Source: Dudresnaya verticillata
Lineage: Eukaryota
DNA length: 64,000 nt
NCBI GenBank assembly: GCA_977862235.1
Contig: OZ374559.1
Span: 2,294,001 to 2,358,000 of the forward strand
Direction of reading: 5' to 3'
In this document: piece by piece, positions 1 through 11,736 of the stretch
How positions within the stretch are numbered: the stretch's first letter is position 1
How the letters are laid out: the number at the start of each line of letters is the position of its first letter
Position numbers and translations under genes: made by a program
Notes under the pieces: generated by a model
The model's input: the letters and a program-made list of their open reading frames with translations, nothing else
Told to the model about the DNA's origin: nothing
Databases searched by the model: none

Positions 1-1435
1 GAAAAATATCACCACTACATAACTATATTATAGTGGTCTCTGTGACAATAATAAAATCGAACCGCATTCGAATATATTATGCGATGGTCATGGGCATCTA
101 TGGAGCAATTGGTACTGGTTACGACGTACATGGAGGGCAGTGAATCGCTGCTTTTGTGGCTGTTTCGAAGCGAACTTCTCGGAGAGCCGAAAATAAGGAG
201 AGTCTCCTTAAACTCTTGATCTGTGTCGCTCTACAATCCGTCTAGTGAGAAGCTCTCCCTTCTCAAACGTCTTACCTCTTTAGCATTACAGTTCGTCACG
301 GTCTCAATTAAGAGGCGTAAGTGTGTTGACCGACATATTATAAATAGTGCATATTACGTCCGCTTAAGGGGCTGACTCTCAACTTTGCGAATAAAGGGAC
401 GCTTGCTCGTTCTACATTATGCGGCGGTCGCTTTCAAACGCCACAGGCTCGCGGATAGCAGTGCACGCTATGGCAGAAATTAAGCCCCCTTAAGGGTCTT
501 TAGGTTCTTCTCTGAGTAATGTGTTCTACTAGTTAGTAAGCGCTCATTCAGTTACCAGGGCAGTGCCAGTTTGACTTCAAATCTGAACATGGTGCCAGAT
601 GTAACGGGTTTCGAAGTCGCAACGACGCGCCAGGAAAAAAAGTTCGGACCCCCCGCTCAAAGGCTCGAACCTTCTACTTTTCACCCTGTGCTGGGCTACT
701 CCAACGGCTCGCAGACGACTAGATCAGATAGGCTCCAATGCGCTCTCTCCTTCTTTCCCCGAGCGGAAGGATGCGCTAATAACACAGGGTGTTACACCGA
801 ACTGGAGCGATTTCGAGAGATTATATGTAGCAGTACGTACTGTAAGAAGGGGGCTCTATTGAGAGCAAACGAGAGGCCCGTTAAGGGTGCTTAGAAAATA
901 GAACTAAAGAGAGAAGGAACCTTTATAGATCCAGAAGCTAAAAAGGGACGCTAGTTGCCCCAGAGGCTAAAGCACCAATGGAGAGGACAAGCCGATGGAG
1001 GTTGAGAGGTGAAGATTGACGACAACCTTTATTTTAAGTGAAGATTGATAGCGAAGCAAATGAGAGATAAACCGGACAGTGCGCGCACAATTTCCATCCG
1101 ACGGCTTACTGCCCCGGCATTCGGCCGTGTAGAACGAAAAGCGGGGGACAAAGGGAAGCTCTTATCGATTAGCTTTCATTCTGGAATCCAAACACTTGCG
1201 AACTTTATAGCTGACAAGAAAGGATCGACTCCGCTTGTTGAATAGAACTCTCCCCCCTCACTCGCCTAGTTACGTTGGTTGCTAAAAAAGGAAAAACCTT
1301 ACCGTAAACCGTCGGCGCCTTCTCAGCGACCCTGCGGATGCACGGCTGTCCTTCCTCGTAGTTCCGTCCTCTTCCGGTACCCCTCTTACGCCTTCATTAT
1401 AGTGATGTTTCCCCCTCAGCTTAACCACATTTGGT

Positions 1436-1981
1436 CTATCCAAACTGCAAATGGTGAGCCACAAGGTTGCCACCAGACTTGACCGAGACTTGCGCAGGGG
1501 ATTTTTGGATTTCTACGTTGCCATATGGGAATGAAACAACGGCTACCTCCTGACAGAGATCCAGCCCCAGCCCCTCTCTTAGCTCCTCTGCGGAAATCCA
1601 GAGGTGCTCCCCAGCGTCGTCGGCAATTAGTTTGGCTATTTCGACATCCAATTCAGCCTCTTCTTCCTTCAATTGCCGAGCTGTTTCCTCAAGGTTATCT
1701 GCGTTCTGCTTCATTCTTTCAACGTCCTCATCACTAACAGGCTGGTCCAGGGGAGGGATTGCAGGGTCCCCAACTCTGTATTTACCCCACTCTTTGTCTG
1801 CTTCGACTAGACGAACGACTTGTAGGATGTTAATGATCTCATATATTCGCGGGGAGGACACTCCTGTAGCAGTGTGGATGTCATACACTGAGAACTTTGT
1901 ATCCTGGATGCCTTCCAAGAACTCCATTATCTTTTCTGCAGCGCCGAAAATACCGGCACGATTCTGTGGGAAGTCGGTCAT
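1436..1981 (-). CDS. Divergent E2F-family transcription factor-like protein (winged-helix DBD, coiled coil and marked-box-like region); start uncertain, ORF open to 2071
   Basis: FSVYDIHTATGVSSPRIYEIINILQVVRLVE resembles the E2F/DP DNA-binding motif RRIYDITNVLEGIGLIEK. It is followed by a heptad coiled coil (LEETARQLKEEEAELDVEIAKL) and HLWISAEELR...EVAVVSFP...QVSVKS, which resembles the E2F CC-MB domain. First in-frame ATG is at 1981. Confidence 0.65.
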   Translation of the reverse strand: MTDFPQNRAGIFGAAEKIMEFLEGIQDTKFSVYDIHTATGVSSPRIYEIINILQVVRLVEADKEWGKYRVGDPAIPPLDQPVSDEDVERMKQNADNLEETARQLKEEEAELDVEIAKLIADDAGEHLWISAEELREGLGLDLCQEVAVVSFPYGNVEIQKSPAQVSVKSGGNLVAHHLQFG

Positions 1982-2319
1982 CTCGCTAAGAGCGTGTCTC
2001 AAGAGTGCTGCGGTTTGGTGGAGGTGGCAACAATAGCACGTCTTGCTCGCAGAGTCTTTCGTTGGCACCAAAGTCGTGAGAGCTTTGACTCGACTCGAAA
2101 CTGGAATGTTTCCAATGCTGATATATGGTGTTCTGTTCTGCTGCAGTTTTCCTGGGCGCTGTGGGAGAGGGGGTACCAGAAAATCTTCACAGGAACTTGC
2201 TTTAGTCTTGCGATGTATTTAAAAGTTTTCCAGTTTGGCAATTCCGGCACAGAAGGAGCCTTGAAAGTGTCCTCATTCTCCCTCATACTCGACATCATGC
2301 CCGAAATCGGATAGCCCGC

Positions 2320-2419
2320 GCCTCACACAAAGCATGCCGAAATTCGGCCCGAACTCGGTCAGCTCCTGCCTCACACAAAGCATGCCGAAAACAGTCCGCT
2401 CCGCAAGCGTTGTGTGAGG
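2320..2419. repeat. 23-bp direct repeat (2320-2342, 2368-2390) with a partial inverted copy (2410-2419)
   Basis: gcctcacacaaagcatgccgaaa occurs twice; ttgtgtgagg is the reverse complement of cctcacacaa. Confidence 0.8.
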
Positions 2420-2749
2420 GGGGCACAAGTTTGTTGCATTCGCAGGGTAGCAGAGGAGCCCAATAACGCTTTGCAGGCCACTGGAGCTCGAAATTGCTTT
2501 ACTGTGCTCTGGAGTCGCGTAAAGTTGCCAGTGGCAATGCTCCCTGTTTATAAAACTGGGAGACCAAAGAGGCCATTCAGTGATCTTTCCACTGAGAAAG
2601 AATATGCACATGACGTCCCTTCCCCAAGCTTTGAGTGAAAATGAAGTAATCTTGAAAGTTTCCTTGAGCTGACGATTAAGTGTTGTTGTATTTTGTTTGT
2701 TGTTTAACGTGGTCCTGCGTAGGCGACGTTGTCCCATTTGCTCACGGTC

Positions 2750-4325
2750 GATTGATGGGCGGGGAGTTATAAACTACGGAATGAAGGTGTGGTAGTGGGT
2801 AAGCCTGTCTACTGGGTGACATGTGGTGAGGGGTAGTCTTCGAGGCATATACGACGGATGGCTCGCAGGGCGTCGCAGACGCGGGCGGCGGCGGATAGGT
2901 CGGGGTCTTGGAGTGACAGAAGTGACAGCGCCTGTGCGTGCGGTCGCAGCGCGAGGCGGGCGGCTGCACAGCTGGGTGGGATCGGGAAAGTCCCCAGGTG
3001 CCAGCATGTGGCTAGCTTCCTGTCTTGATAGCCCGGGAGTTGCAAAGCCACCGGTAGCCGGTGATGGCTGTAAACCAGTGCCATCCTTCTTCCTGATAAC
3101 GCCATTGCCGGTTCCCTTATTACGAGTGCTGTGGGAGACATACCTTGGCGCAGAATTCTTGGATGCCTGGATGTTGGAAGGTTGATAACGCCGTGAGTGT
3201 CCGACTTGCCTGCCATGAGGCTTGAGTGTTCTGCCGCTGGGTCAAGCATCGCAGGCTGTGAACGAGTTTGTGTTCTAGGGATCTTTGTCGCAATTTTGGG
3301 GACTTTAGTCTGTATATGGCTCGTAGTTTGCGTAAGCGAGGTGCACTAACCACTGATGATGCTTGGGAGATGCACAGTCGGAGGAATTGTGCATTGACCT
3401 TGTCTAGAGCTTACGTTAGGTCTCGTGTGAGTGGCACGAGTGCTAGTCCGTATTCAATTATCGGACGTATGAAGACCGAGTAGACATATCGGGCGGTCGG
3501 AGCAGGTATTGCTGAGCTTAGGTGACCCATTCTCACAAGTTTCGCCCGTAGCACTTTTGGCTTTTCTCACGCGCAGTATTGTTGTTGTGGTCCCGATTCC
3601 GGAGGATGAGCTGTCGATTCCCAGGTACCGGACACTTTGCTGATGCACTATTCTCTCGTTGTTAAGGGAAAAGGCGCAGTTGTTAGGGCGTGTGTAGTGC
3701 CGGGCTGGCATGACGATAGCGCATTTCTTAACGGACCAACACATGCCTGTGTCTCGGGACCACTCAGACCTTTCGCAGACCTGAAGTGCAGTGCGAATAA
3801 CTGGCGGAGATGGTCCATGGAGGAGGCAATCATCAACAAATGAAGCGACCTGGAAGGTTCGAGTGCAGTCGGTTCAGCCGCTCACATAACGCGTACGCTA
3901 GAGGGTCGATGAACAAATTGAACAAAACTGGGCTTAGTGGAGATCCCTGCACGACCCCTCTTCTCACTTCTGCGCTGCAAGGTATCGCATCGCCCACGGT
4001 CTGTGCATAGAGAGAGCCCAGAATTGAGTTTATCATCGCTTTCAGGTGGGGCGGGAGTCGCTCTTCGCAAAGAGATACCAGTCTGGGGCGGTCAACACGG
4101 TCATATGCGCTTTTGAGATCAAGAACGGCTATGTAACCATCGCCGGATGTTGCTGCCTCTATGGTCATGGCGATTGCCATCTCCGTGCGCAAATGTTTCT
4201 GGAAGCCCCATTGCATACAGTGCGGCTTGAAGACGTGTTCGACATCATCTATAATATATGATGTCATAGGCAATTGCCCTCTCCATTGCTTTGCGAAGGT
4301 GGGATAGTAGACAGAGGGGCGTTTA
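2750..4325 (-). mobile_element. Decayed, 5'-truncated non-LTR retrotransposon (LINE) reverse transcriptase
   Basis: Successive RT motifs across frameshifts and stops: RPLCLLSHLRKAMERAI, QWGFQK, VLDLKSAYDRVDR, RGVVQGSPLSPVLFNLFIDPL, FVDDCLL (reached by a frameshift near 3840), WSVKKC and RYLGI. The left boundary is approximate. Confidence 0.85.
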
Positions 4326-5266
4326 AGTGATTATAAAGGGGTGAACAGGTGAAGAGCTGGGCCACGACAAAGTACGGTTCAAAACGGGAAGCTACCCAAA
4401 GTTCTGAGTGAACAAGATTAGTATAAAGAAGGTTTAGTTGGAGGCTGAGCCAACGTCACTAACCGAGAGCAGTACAGTGTTTAAGAAATGGAAATCGTCT
4501 TCCTTCTGGACATCTTTGTTATCAACAGCATTATTATTTACATTGCTGTCAAGAAGGGGACCTCCCCCATCGCTGAGAAGCTTGCTCTCTTAAAGTCTCT
4601 TACTACGCTAGTTAGCGTGAATCGCCCCAACCTCTCCCCTCCTCCTGCAATGTGTGCTGGTAGTTAGACCCTTTCCCAGGGTTTCTTTTTAGATTAAAAT
4701 AACCAGTAGTCATCAGCGGCTAAGTCATTAGGGTTTCCGCTGTTCGCCTTGCTTCAATAAAGTTGTGATGATGATGATGATGATTAAAATAGAGGTTGTC
4801 AGCATTATTAGCAGAGAATGTAGCCAATAGTGGGGAATTGTGAAAAAAGTGTCCGTCATAGGACGGGACACGTTCAAGACGTAAGGGGTTGCTAGCTTTA
4901 CGATGAGTAAAGTGAACACATGTTCAAAACGTATCCCGGTAGAGTGAGGGACTGAAATGTCATGCTCGCATCGAGATGAAGGAAGGGGGGAGATGTTTTT
5001 GAGCATTTGGTGTTTCGTAAATGAAGCAACGTCGCATCAGTCTACCACCCATGCCGCGGGAGGAAACTACTTTGACCAGAAGGAAGCTGGTTCACGTTAC
5101 AGCTTGAATAGGGCAGACTGGATTGTAGCTCCATGTTTGAGAGTTGGTCTCCAGCCACGGGTTGTTAATGTCGGCCAAGGCGTAGTCTGCTTTTTTTTAC
5201 CAAGCACGCGGTCGAAACACCACGCGCGGTCGCGCAAGGAATATCAGCGACCTGAAAAAGAACTCT

Positions 5267-5857
5267 CTACAACAATGCGGGGTTGGCGACGCCGATAACA
5301 CAAGCGGCCTGGCGCGCGCCCGCGGCGCCGGTGGGCTGAAAAGCGCTGCCCATATCGGGGAGCTCGTGCACGACCATGCCCCTGCCTAGAATACCAGCAA
5401 TGGAGATGACGCGGTCGACGCGGCGATACGTAGCGATGCGGTTCTTGCGGACGACCAGGCTGCCAAAGTCGCCCCAGTGTCTGCGGCGGTCGTTGGGGAG
5501 CCCGTGCGGGCGCGCGGCGCCGCGCGGGTTGGAGAAGTGCGAGCCGGCCGACGTGGCGTCCGCGGCCGACAGGTCGCCGAACGCGTGGATGTGGAAGGCG
5601 TGGCGGCCCGGGCGCAGACGCGACACGGACGCGACGACGCGCACGACGCAGCGGCCGTGGCGGCCCGGCGCGGACGGGCGCCACAGCGCGGTGAACACGA
5701 CCTTGCCGTGCGCGCGGTGGCCCTTGGTCGGGGCTAGGTTGCACACCAGGCGCGGCTGGGACGTGCAGGACGAGCGGGTGTTTTGGCAGAGGGCGGGCGG
5801 GAGGAGTAGCGAGAGGAGCACCAGGGTGAGGGGCGCGTGGGGACGGCGGCGAAGCAT
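5267..5857 (-). CDS. Secreted Cu/Zn superoxide dismutase-family protein, very Arg-rich
   Basis: N-terminal hydrophobic signal (LTLVLLSLLLPPALC). All canonical ligands are present: HAFHIH, SAGSHF, PHG, RHWGDFG and MVVH, plus C-terminal GAAGARQAACVIG. Single exon in a GC-rich island. Confidence 0.92.
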   Translation of the reverse strand: MLRRRPHAPLTLVLLSLLLPPALCQNTRSSCTSQPRLVCNLAPTKGHRAHGKVVFTALWRPSAPGRHGRCVVRVVASVSRLRPGRHAFHIHAFGDLSAADATSAGSHFSNPRGAARPHGLPNDRRRHWGDFGSLVVRKNRIATYRRVDRVISIAGILGRGMVVHELPDMGSAFQPTGAAGARQAACVIGVANPALL

Positions 5858-6199
5858 GTCTGCGCGGGGGGTTTGCGCGTGATGGGCGGTGGGTGGGATG
5901 CGTTGGGGGCGGGGATGGGCGGGTGATGGGGGGGCGGTTTGGGCGGAGGGCTGCCGCGGGGGGTGGCGGTTGGGGATTTATGGGTTGCGGATCGGGCGGC
6001 GCGGGACGCGGCAGGCGGGAGAGACAGTGCGACCAGGGCGGGAAGCAGAGACGCGGGGCGCACGGCGTTTTGTTTGCGCGCGAGCTGAATTTGCGGGTGT
6101 GGAAAGCGCAGCGCGCGGATCAACGCGGCACCCGAAGATGCGGGCGTTTTGTGTGCTTTCCGACGGGCTCTTTACAGCGCGCGGCGTCAGTCCTCTCTC

Positions 6200-6946
6200 T
6201 CTCGGAACGGGGTCAAAGTGATCGATGCTTATGCCTCGATGCGCGCCGTGTTCGGCGACTACATTAGCGTTTCCTGTTGTTAGGGTCAAGGCCGTTGGTA
6301 GCCCTATCCTACTGCAGTACTGTGCCTGCCGCTGGCAGGTCGGGAGACCACCTCCATTACACCGTAGAAACAGCCCTACTTGCGCCTGCACGGCACATGC
6401 ACCGACCTCCGCCCGCACACTTCGCCGGCTACCCAGTGCGCCAACATCCCGTTGAGTTGCAGGATGCAATTCACGCGCTAAAGCCGATATTGGGAAGGAT
6501 AGATCAGGTCTTGTGCAGGTTGCAAGGAAAAGTCGTTCACTTGCTGTGCATCCATATTTTGCGTGTTCCGCCTTGGATAGGGGCAAGTCCTGTTCTGTTA
6601 CACGTCCCACGTCGCCTTGGGTAGAAAGCGGAGTTAGAGCACCATTCGCTTTGTCCAACCCGTACTTCTTAAGGAGCAATCTAGTAAATCATTCTTGCGA
6701 GATGGATATACCAGCATTGCTCTGTGATATTTCCCACCCTATGAAAATTTTGAGCTTCGCATACAACCTGAGATCAATTGAAGCCGCGAGCTTCTTCTTG
6801 AATTCTTCCATGAGTTCACGGGAGTTACTTGAAAACTTCACATCCTCAACGACAACAATGATTATCAGAAACTTGTCCTCAACAACCTTGAACAATACAC
6901 GATGGCCAATGAGGGATTGGCTTGGCTTGAAAAGCTGTTCACTCAT
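6200..6946 (-). mobile_element. Degenerate Ty1/Copia reverse transcriptase-RNase H fragment
   Basis: FLIIIVVVEDVKFSSNSRELMEEFKKKL (decayed YVDD), FIGWEISQSNAGISISQE*, LLKKYGLDKANGALTPL and LFLATCTRPDLSFPISALAR match the Copia RT C-terminal motifs; stops and frameshifts are present. Confidence 0.85.
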
Positions 6947-7384
6947 GGCTGAAACACTACTATTTGTTTTACTGTTTATCGTTCAAGCACTGCCGTTCAA
7001 GATATATGTTTTTACTGTTTATTGCTCAAGCACTGCCGTTCACAGTATTTGTTGTACTGCTTCTTGTTCAAGCAGTTGAGTAGTTACATACTAGATATGT
7101 TGTTACGATTATTCCAGCGGTTCACGGCTACGGTCTGACAGAACTAGCTGTTTGTACGTTTATGTTACGTCTAGTACTACAGTTGTATTCATGCTACAGA
7201 CTACAATGTAGTGCAGACTTTGATCTATTTATACTGACCTTCTCGAGGTCTGCAGTAGTTCTAGTCATGCTGTAGTCTTTCCTATGCATAAAGGTCTCCA
7301 TCTCTAGTCATCCAACCACAAGAACACTTACCAACTTATCAATAACCATTCATCCTGTCTTGCATCACTTTCCCTTTCGTCAGC

Positions 7385-7720
7385 ATGCCATTCATTCCGT
7401 GTGCTTCCTTTTACCTTTTTAAGTTATGGGCCCAGAGCTTCATTCTCGCCCGAAATTCTCATGCACTCAAGGAAGCGCCTTAGACAGATGGCCGTGGTCC
7501 ACAGGAAGCATATCTTCAGGCTGTGAGACTACGGATGTCATTCCACGATAACCTGCCCGACTCCAATAGTAACAAGATTCTCAAAGATCTTCAGGGACTT
7601 GTGCTGCAGTCACAGCTTTATGATCGCGCAAAGTATTTGGTTAAAAAGCTGTCTAGAGATGTGATTGAAAGCGAAGACGGCGCACTTGCTATTGCTAAAA
7701 CACTACACAAAGATGATCCT
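7385..7720 (+). mobile_element. Probable retrotransposon gag N-terminal fragment, truncated at the array boundary; 6950-7380 may be its LTR/UTR
   Basis: Helical protein-like frame MSFHDNLPDSNSNKILKDLQGLVLQSQLYDRAKYLVKKLSRDVIESEDGALAIAKTLHKDDP stops being coherent exactly at 7720. It is adjacent to Copia debris. Family assignment is from recalled similarity only. Confidence 0.45.
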
Positions 7721-7753
7721 TTCGTACTATTGACGTGGATCGACCTACGTGTT

Positions 7754-8167
7754 CTAACAATAGTAGTAATACCAATAGCAGTAGCGGTAGCAATAGCACC
7801 GGTACGGAGAACAGATACACCTGTAGCGGCAGATAACACGCCTGCAAAGCCCACGAGATGTGGCCTGAAGCGACTGCTTCTCGTTCACGGTAAGGCTACG
7901 AACAAGCTCCTCGTTCTTGCCGGCGCTTTCCTGAAGCATTCTGGTGGAGGTCTTCGTCTTGGAAATGAAACAGCAGGTCTTACCCATAGATCCATCGGTC
8001 GACAACTCTGAGTTGAATACATGGCAGTGGGAGTATTCGTCCTTGGCACATTCTTTGGCGGCCTTACCCTCGTCGTCGCCTTCATGGATTTTGCATGGGC
8101 AGTCGGGAGTGGCTGTGGCGACAGCGAAGAGGGCGAGCAAGAGGGCGAGCAAGAAGAACTTGTTCAT
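7754..8167 (-). CDS. Secreted Cys-rich precursor, copy 1 (signal peptide, CPC/GKTCC domain, spacer, cationic Cys/Tyr/Arg C-terminal peptide)
   Basis: ATG start, classic signal peptide MNKFFLLALLLALFAVATA, 14 Cys in two clusters, upstream TATA-like box and a paralog at 47500. Confidence 0.9.
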   Translation of the reverse strand: MNKFFLLALLLALFAVATATPDCPCKIHEGDDEGKAAKECAKDEYSHCHVFNSELSTDGSMGKTCCFISKTKTSTRMLQESAGKNEELVRSLTVNEKQSLQATSRGLCRRVICRYRCICSPYRCYCYRYCYWYYYYC

Positions 8168-8290
8168 GCTGAGAGGAGGTAGCGAACAACGGTTGGTAGT
8201 TGGTGGTGTAGGTGATGAGTGAACACTGAGCGTGCGAAGCTTGGTGCGTTTGAAAAGTGTTGAAACGCGTTCTACTGAGGTTGATGGGTC

Positions 8291-8300
8291 GTATATATAC
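8291..8300 (-). promoter_or_regulatory. TATA-like box upstream of the peptide-precursor gene (repeated every 3983 bp)
   Basis: gtatatatac lies about 125 bp upstream of the ATG at 8167 on the minus strand, followed by a C/A-rich leader. Confidence 0.5.
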
Positions 8301-10320
8301 AGGTTTTGGTTTGGGGACTACTCAGCATAGGGACATTGGGATAGGGATAGAATATTGATAGCGGTTGCGATGCTGTTTCCTTGTGACAGGCACGGCTGGT
8401 ATGCTATGAAGCGTTTTTAAGGCTTACAATGCGTATAATGCGTTCCCACGCGTGGCTCGACGGCTTGAGGGGACTCGGCGCTGGGCACTGGGGCTGCCTC
8501 ATTACCAGCTCTGTAAACTAAACACAACAGCGCATGTGAGGTGTTGTTGAAGATGTGATGATAGACCACGTCCCCCTCCAGAGTCAGTTGTTGTGAATAT
8601 CATACCCCGCACGCAACATACACTCACTCCTTGAATCGCCACAATGAACGCAATCGACCAAGTTGGACAGAAATGAAGCTTGGCTGCAGGACTGACCGCA
8701 AATGCCAACACAACAGTGACGAAGATCGTGAGTGCGGGTCAGGCAGTTCGGCACACCAGCAATGACCTTGGCACTTGTTGTCGCGCTTTCCCATAAGTCA
8801 CAGCTCTCTGAATTTGTTTTCATTGGATAGGCCTCTGCACCTGTTGCTTTCGGTAGGTACATTGCCGAGGCCGGAGGTTGGTTGGTCGTCGTCTACTACC
8901 ACACGAGTTTGCCAGTAGACGCCCGGTAAAATACCCATTACCTGAAGCCACCGCGGTACATCAATTGGACAACGGGAGTTGTCTCTCCCATGAACCGGGT
9001 GGGGAACGATCATCGCCAACGTGAAGAAGACGAAGAGAGCGTATTAGCCGAGGCAGCGAGGATGGGAAAAGTTGAGATATACATGTATAGATATGTCTAC
9101 ATCGTCAAGTGAGTGAAGCTTTTAGACTGCCGTGGTTGGGTCCTGACAAGGTGGGGTTCCCCACTTTGTGCGCACTCCTCGCCGCTGCCCTCGGGGCACG
9201 ACCACATGCCTTCCTATTGACAATGACGCGTGATGCAGGCGCAGCATTACGGGCGATGTAGAGCGCCGATTTTGACTGTTGACCTGAAAGTGCATGAGCT
9301 GCTCCTCAGTCATTCCAACAGTTCGTTTGTCTCAACAACCTGGTTATTGAGGTTGCACTCGGATAGGTGCATGAGTCTGTTGAACAAAATCACCTGCAAC
9401 TGCAACTCTACAATTCTCTCGCCGAACGATGCCACAATTATTGCTTAACACACTGTGGTCAACTATCGAAATGAATCCTATCCCTCGATGAGTCACAGAC
9501 CTTGATACCCATTCGAGCACGACGCAAGTATCAGTTTGTGTGTGTGTATGTGTGTGTTTGATGTTCTCCTTCGTCTCTAGCAACCAACCCAATTCGCATA
9601 AAGGAAGCATCCTGACCATGATTCGATTAGGCAGCTCCGTTTCTTCGGTGTCAGTTTGTGTTCCCTTGAGGGCAGTCAAGTAAGCACCGGTAGCAGTGAA
9701 CATACTCAGAAAAAATGTTCACAGTTCCGTCTCAAGTCAGATCGAATGTCTACAGCTCAGCGTTCTATTCATTCTATAAGCGAAGAGAGACCAGTACAGA
9801 GAAGGGGAGCGTTATCAACATATCAACATATTGTTGCATTTGAATAGGTCTAAAGGGCCCTATGGCAGAACATCATTCAAGCTGTTCCGGAAGCTGTATT
9901 TATGTAGTATTGTTGTGAGTATAGGAAAATATCCTGATAACAAGCTTGCAGCTTTCTACATGAGCAGTCTGTATGAGTCTGTCGTTTTGTTGCATATATA
10001 CTCATTTTTACGACCGCTATGACCACGCCCTTAGATTAATGGAGGGTAGCTCGTAACCCTCGCCTGATGTTCTCCATACTGCTTCAACTTTAATTGACAG
10101 GGCAAACTCGATACCTATTATTGTTATTCGCACGCCTAAACCTGAAGTGTCATTTCTTTGTCTCCCTCTTTCCATTCGAGGCCTGCGCGAACGGAAGGAG
10201 CTCGATTAAGGAAATCCTACTGTGCTGTTATACTGCAAAATCTTATGAGCGAAGGGGCTACAAGGCACAACGATCAGCAAGGTAGTCGATCAGATGATGG
10301 AACCTCCGCATTTGTCGCTG

Positions 10321-10370
10321 TTATCATAAACGGAGAGCTCACTCACTTATCATAAACGGAGAGCTCACTC
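10321..10370. repeat. 26-bp-period tandem duplication within segment B (present in all nine B copies)
   Basis: ttatcataaacggagagctcactc occurs twice, separated by ac. Confidence 0.85.
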
Positions 10371-11736
10371 GAATTGATTTAGAGTTGCATTTGCCTCGCT
10401 GTGATTCATGGCAGTTCTCATCCATTCAGCCCCCTTGAAGGACTGCAGGTTATTCTTTGAGCAAAGTGTTGTACTACATAACTCATTCATTAATAATAAC
10501 TGCTTGTGAGAATACAAATCTTGCACTTGTGGTTCCGGCCACGATGGCAAGCAGGAAGGTCTACGGTACAACAGGCGCAATAAAATAGAGGTTGTCATTC
10601 CCATTCCTCCTCTGCACAGTTTTTGATCCTCTTGTTTAGAGGTTCGAAAGTGCATAAACTGCGAGTAGAATACTAGGGACTGATAGGATTCCTTGGAAGT
10701 GAAACAATTTTCCCGTCTCAAATTCGCCTGTCCGCAGGGCTTTGAACAAAGAGGCTCAAAAGTCTCTTTACGCATGACGGCCGTGCCTAAACCGCCATTC
10801 AAGCCGCATTCAAACCCCGTTCGCCTCCAACCAATGTGTTAACATAAACAGGTCGTACGGTCGTACCAGCTCCACAGCCAACTCCCTTTTCCTCCGACAA
10901 TTTTATTTCTCTTTCCAGACTACTCTCAAAGTCCTGGTCGAGTCCTGAGAAGGTAAAGCAAGTCATAGGGAAGTGGTAATTAGTGGTAAATGTGTTGGAA
11001 TAAAATAAACGCAAGCAAGCGTCACCTTTATTTCAATCTATGGATCGATCCTAGGAAGGGAACGAATTGTTTAATCGGCACTAAACACTACAAGTGGCAG
11101 CAAGAAAACAAGCCGGAACTTCAGTTCCGGTATTGTTAGATAGGGCGGTAGGTACTACACGTACCCTAGAAATACCGTTGAGAACCTGAAGTTTCCTTAC
11201 TTGTTTCCACCCCCACAACATACCGATATATTATACCACAGTGAAACACTGGATTTACGTCATAGGATTGCCATTTGTTTCAACGGCACGTACTATTGCC
11301 TATGCACCCCACCTGTCATTCAGCCTGGATACAACGCCCTACGGAACCGCTTTCCTCAAGTTTACAACAACTCCTATCGTAAATATGCGGGGTAATCAGT
11401 GCAAAGTGCAGTGCAAAGTGCAGTGCGAACCCCCTAACGCAGTGCCCACCAAACAATCCAAGCCACTCTTTTTTTGCAGCCTACATTCTAAGAACGACAT
11501 TGCTTTTAAATCCCGCACTCCTACGACACAAGAAAGAAGAAACTGTTGAGACAGAGGCACGTCTATGTGTAACAATGATCAACTGAACTGAGCAGGTGAT
11601 AGGTTATCGTCTCTTTATCTTTGCTAGTTCAAAACCAGGCACTATCAAGACTTGTACTTGTCGAGACATATTGCCTTCTGTACCATTGGTAGCACTGGTT
11701 CTATTCGTACTATTGACGTGGATCGACCTACGTGTT

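Noticed and set aside
2320..2419. Repeat-spacer-repeat pattern resembling a mini CRISPR
   Set aside because: Only two repeats, eukaryotic context and no cas genes.
5244..6267. Overlapping Arg/Pro/Gly-rich ORFs around the SOD
   Set aside because: Shadow frames of a very GC-rich island.
9445..9871. TTAA-flanked piggyBac-like insertion explaining the extra 420 bp in B
   Set aside because: TTAA is present on one side only and no terminal inverted repeats were seen.
9449..11703. Many 60-145 aa ORFs repeated in each spacer B
   Set aside because: They recur only because the DNA is duplicated. They have no recognisable motifs or coding-like composition, and most use non-ATG starts.
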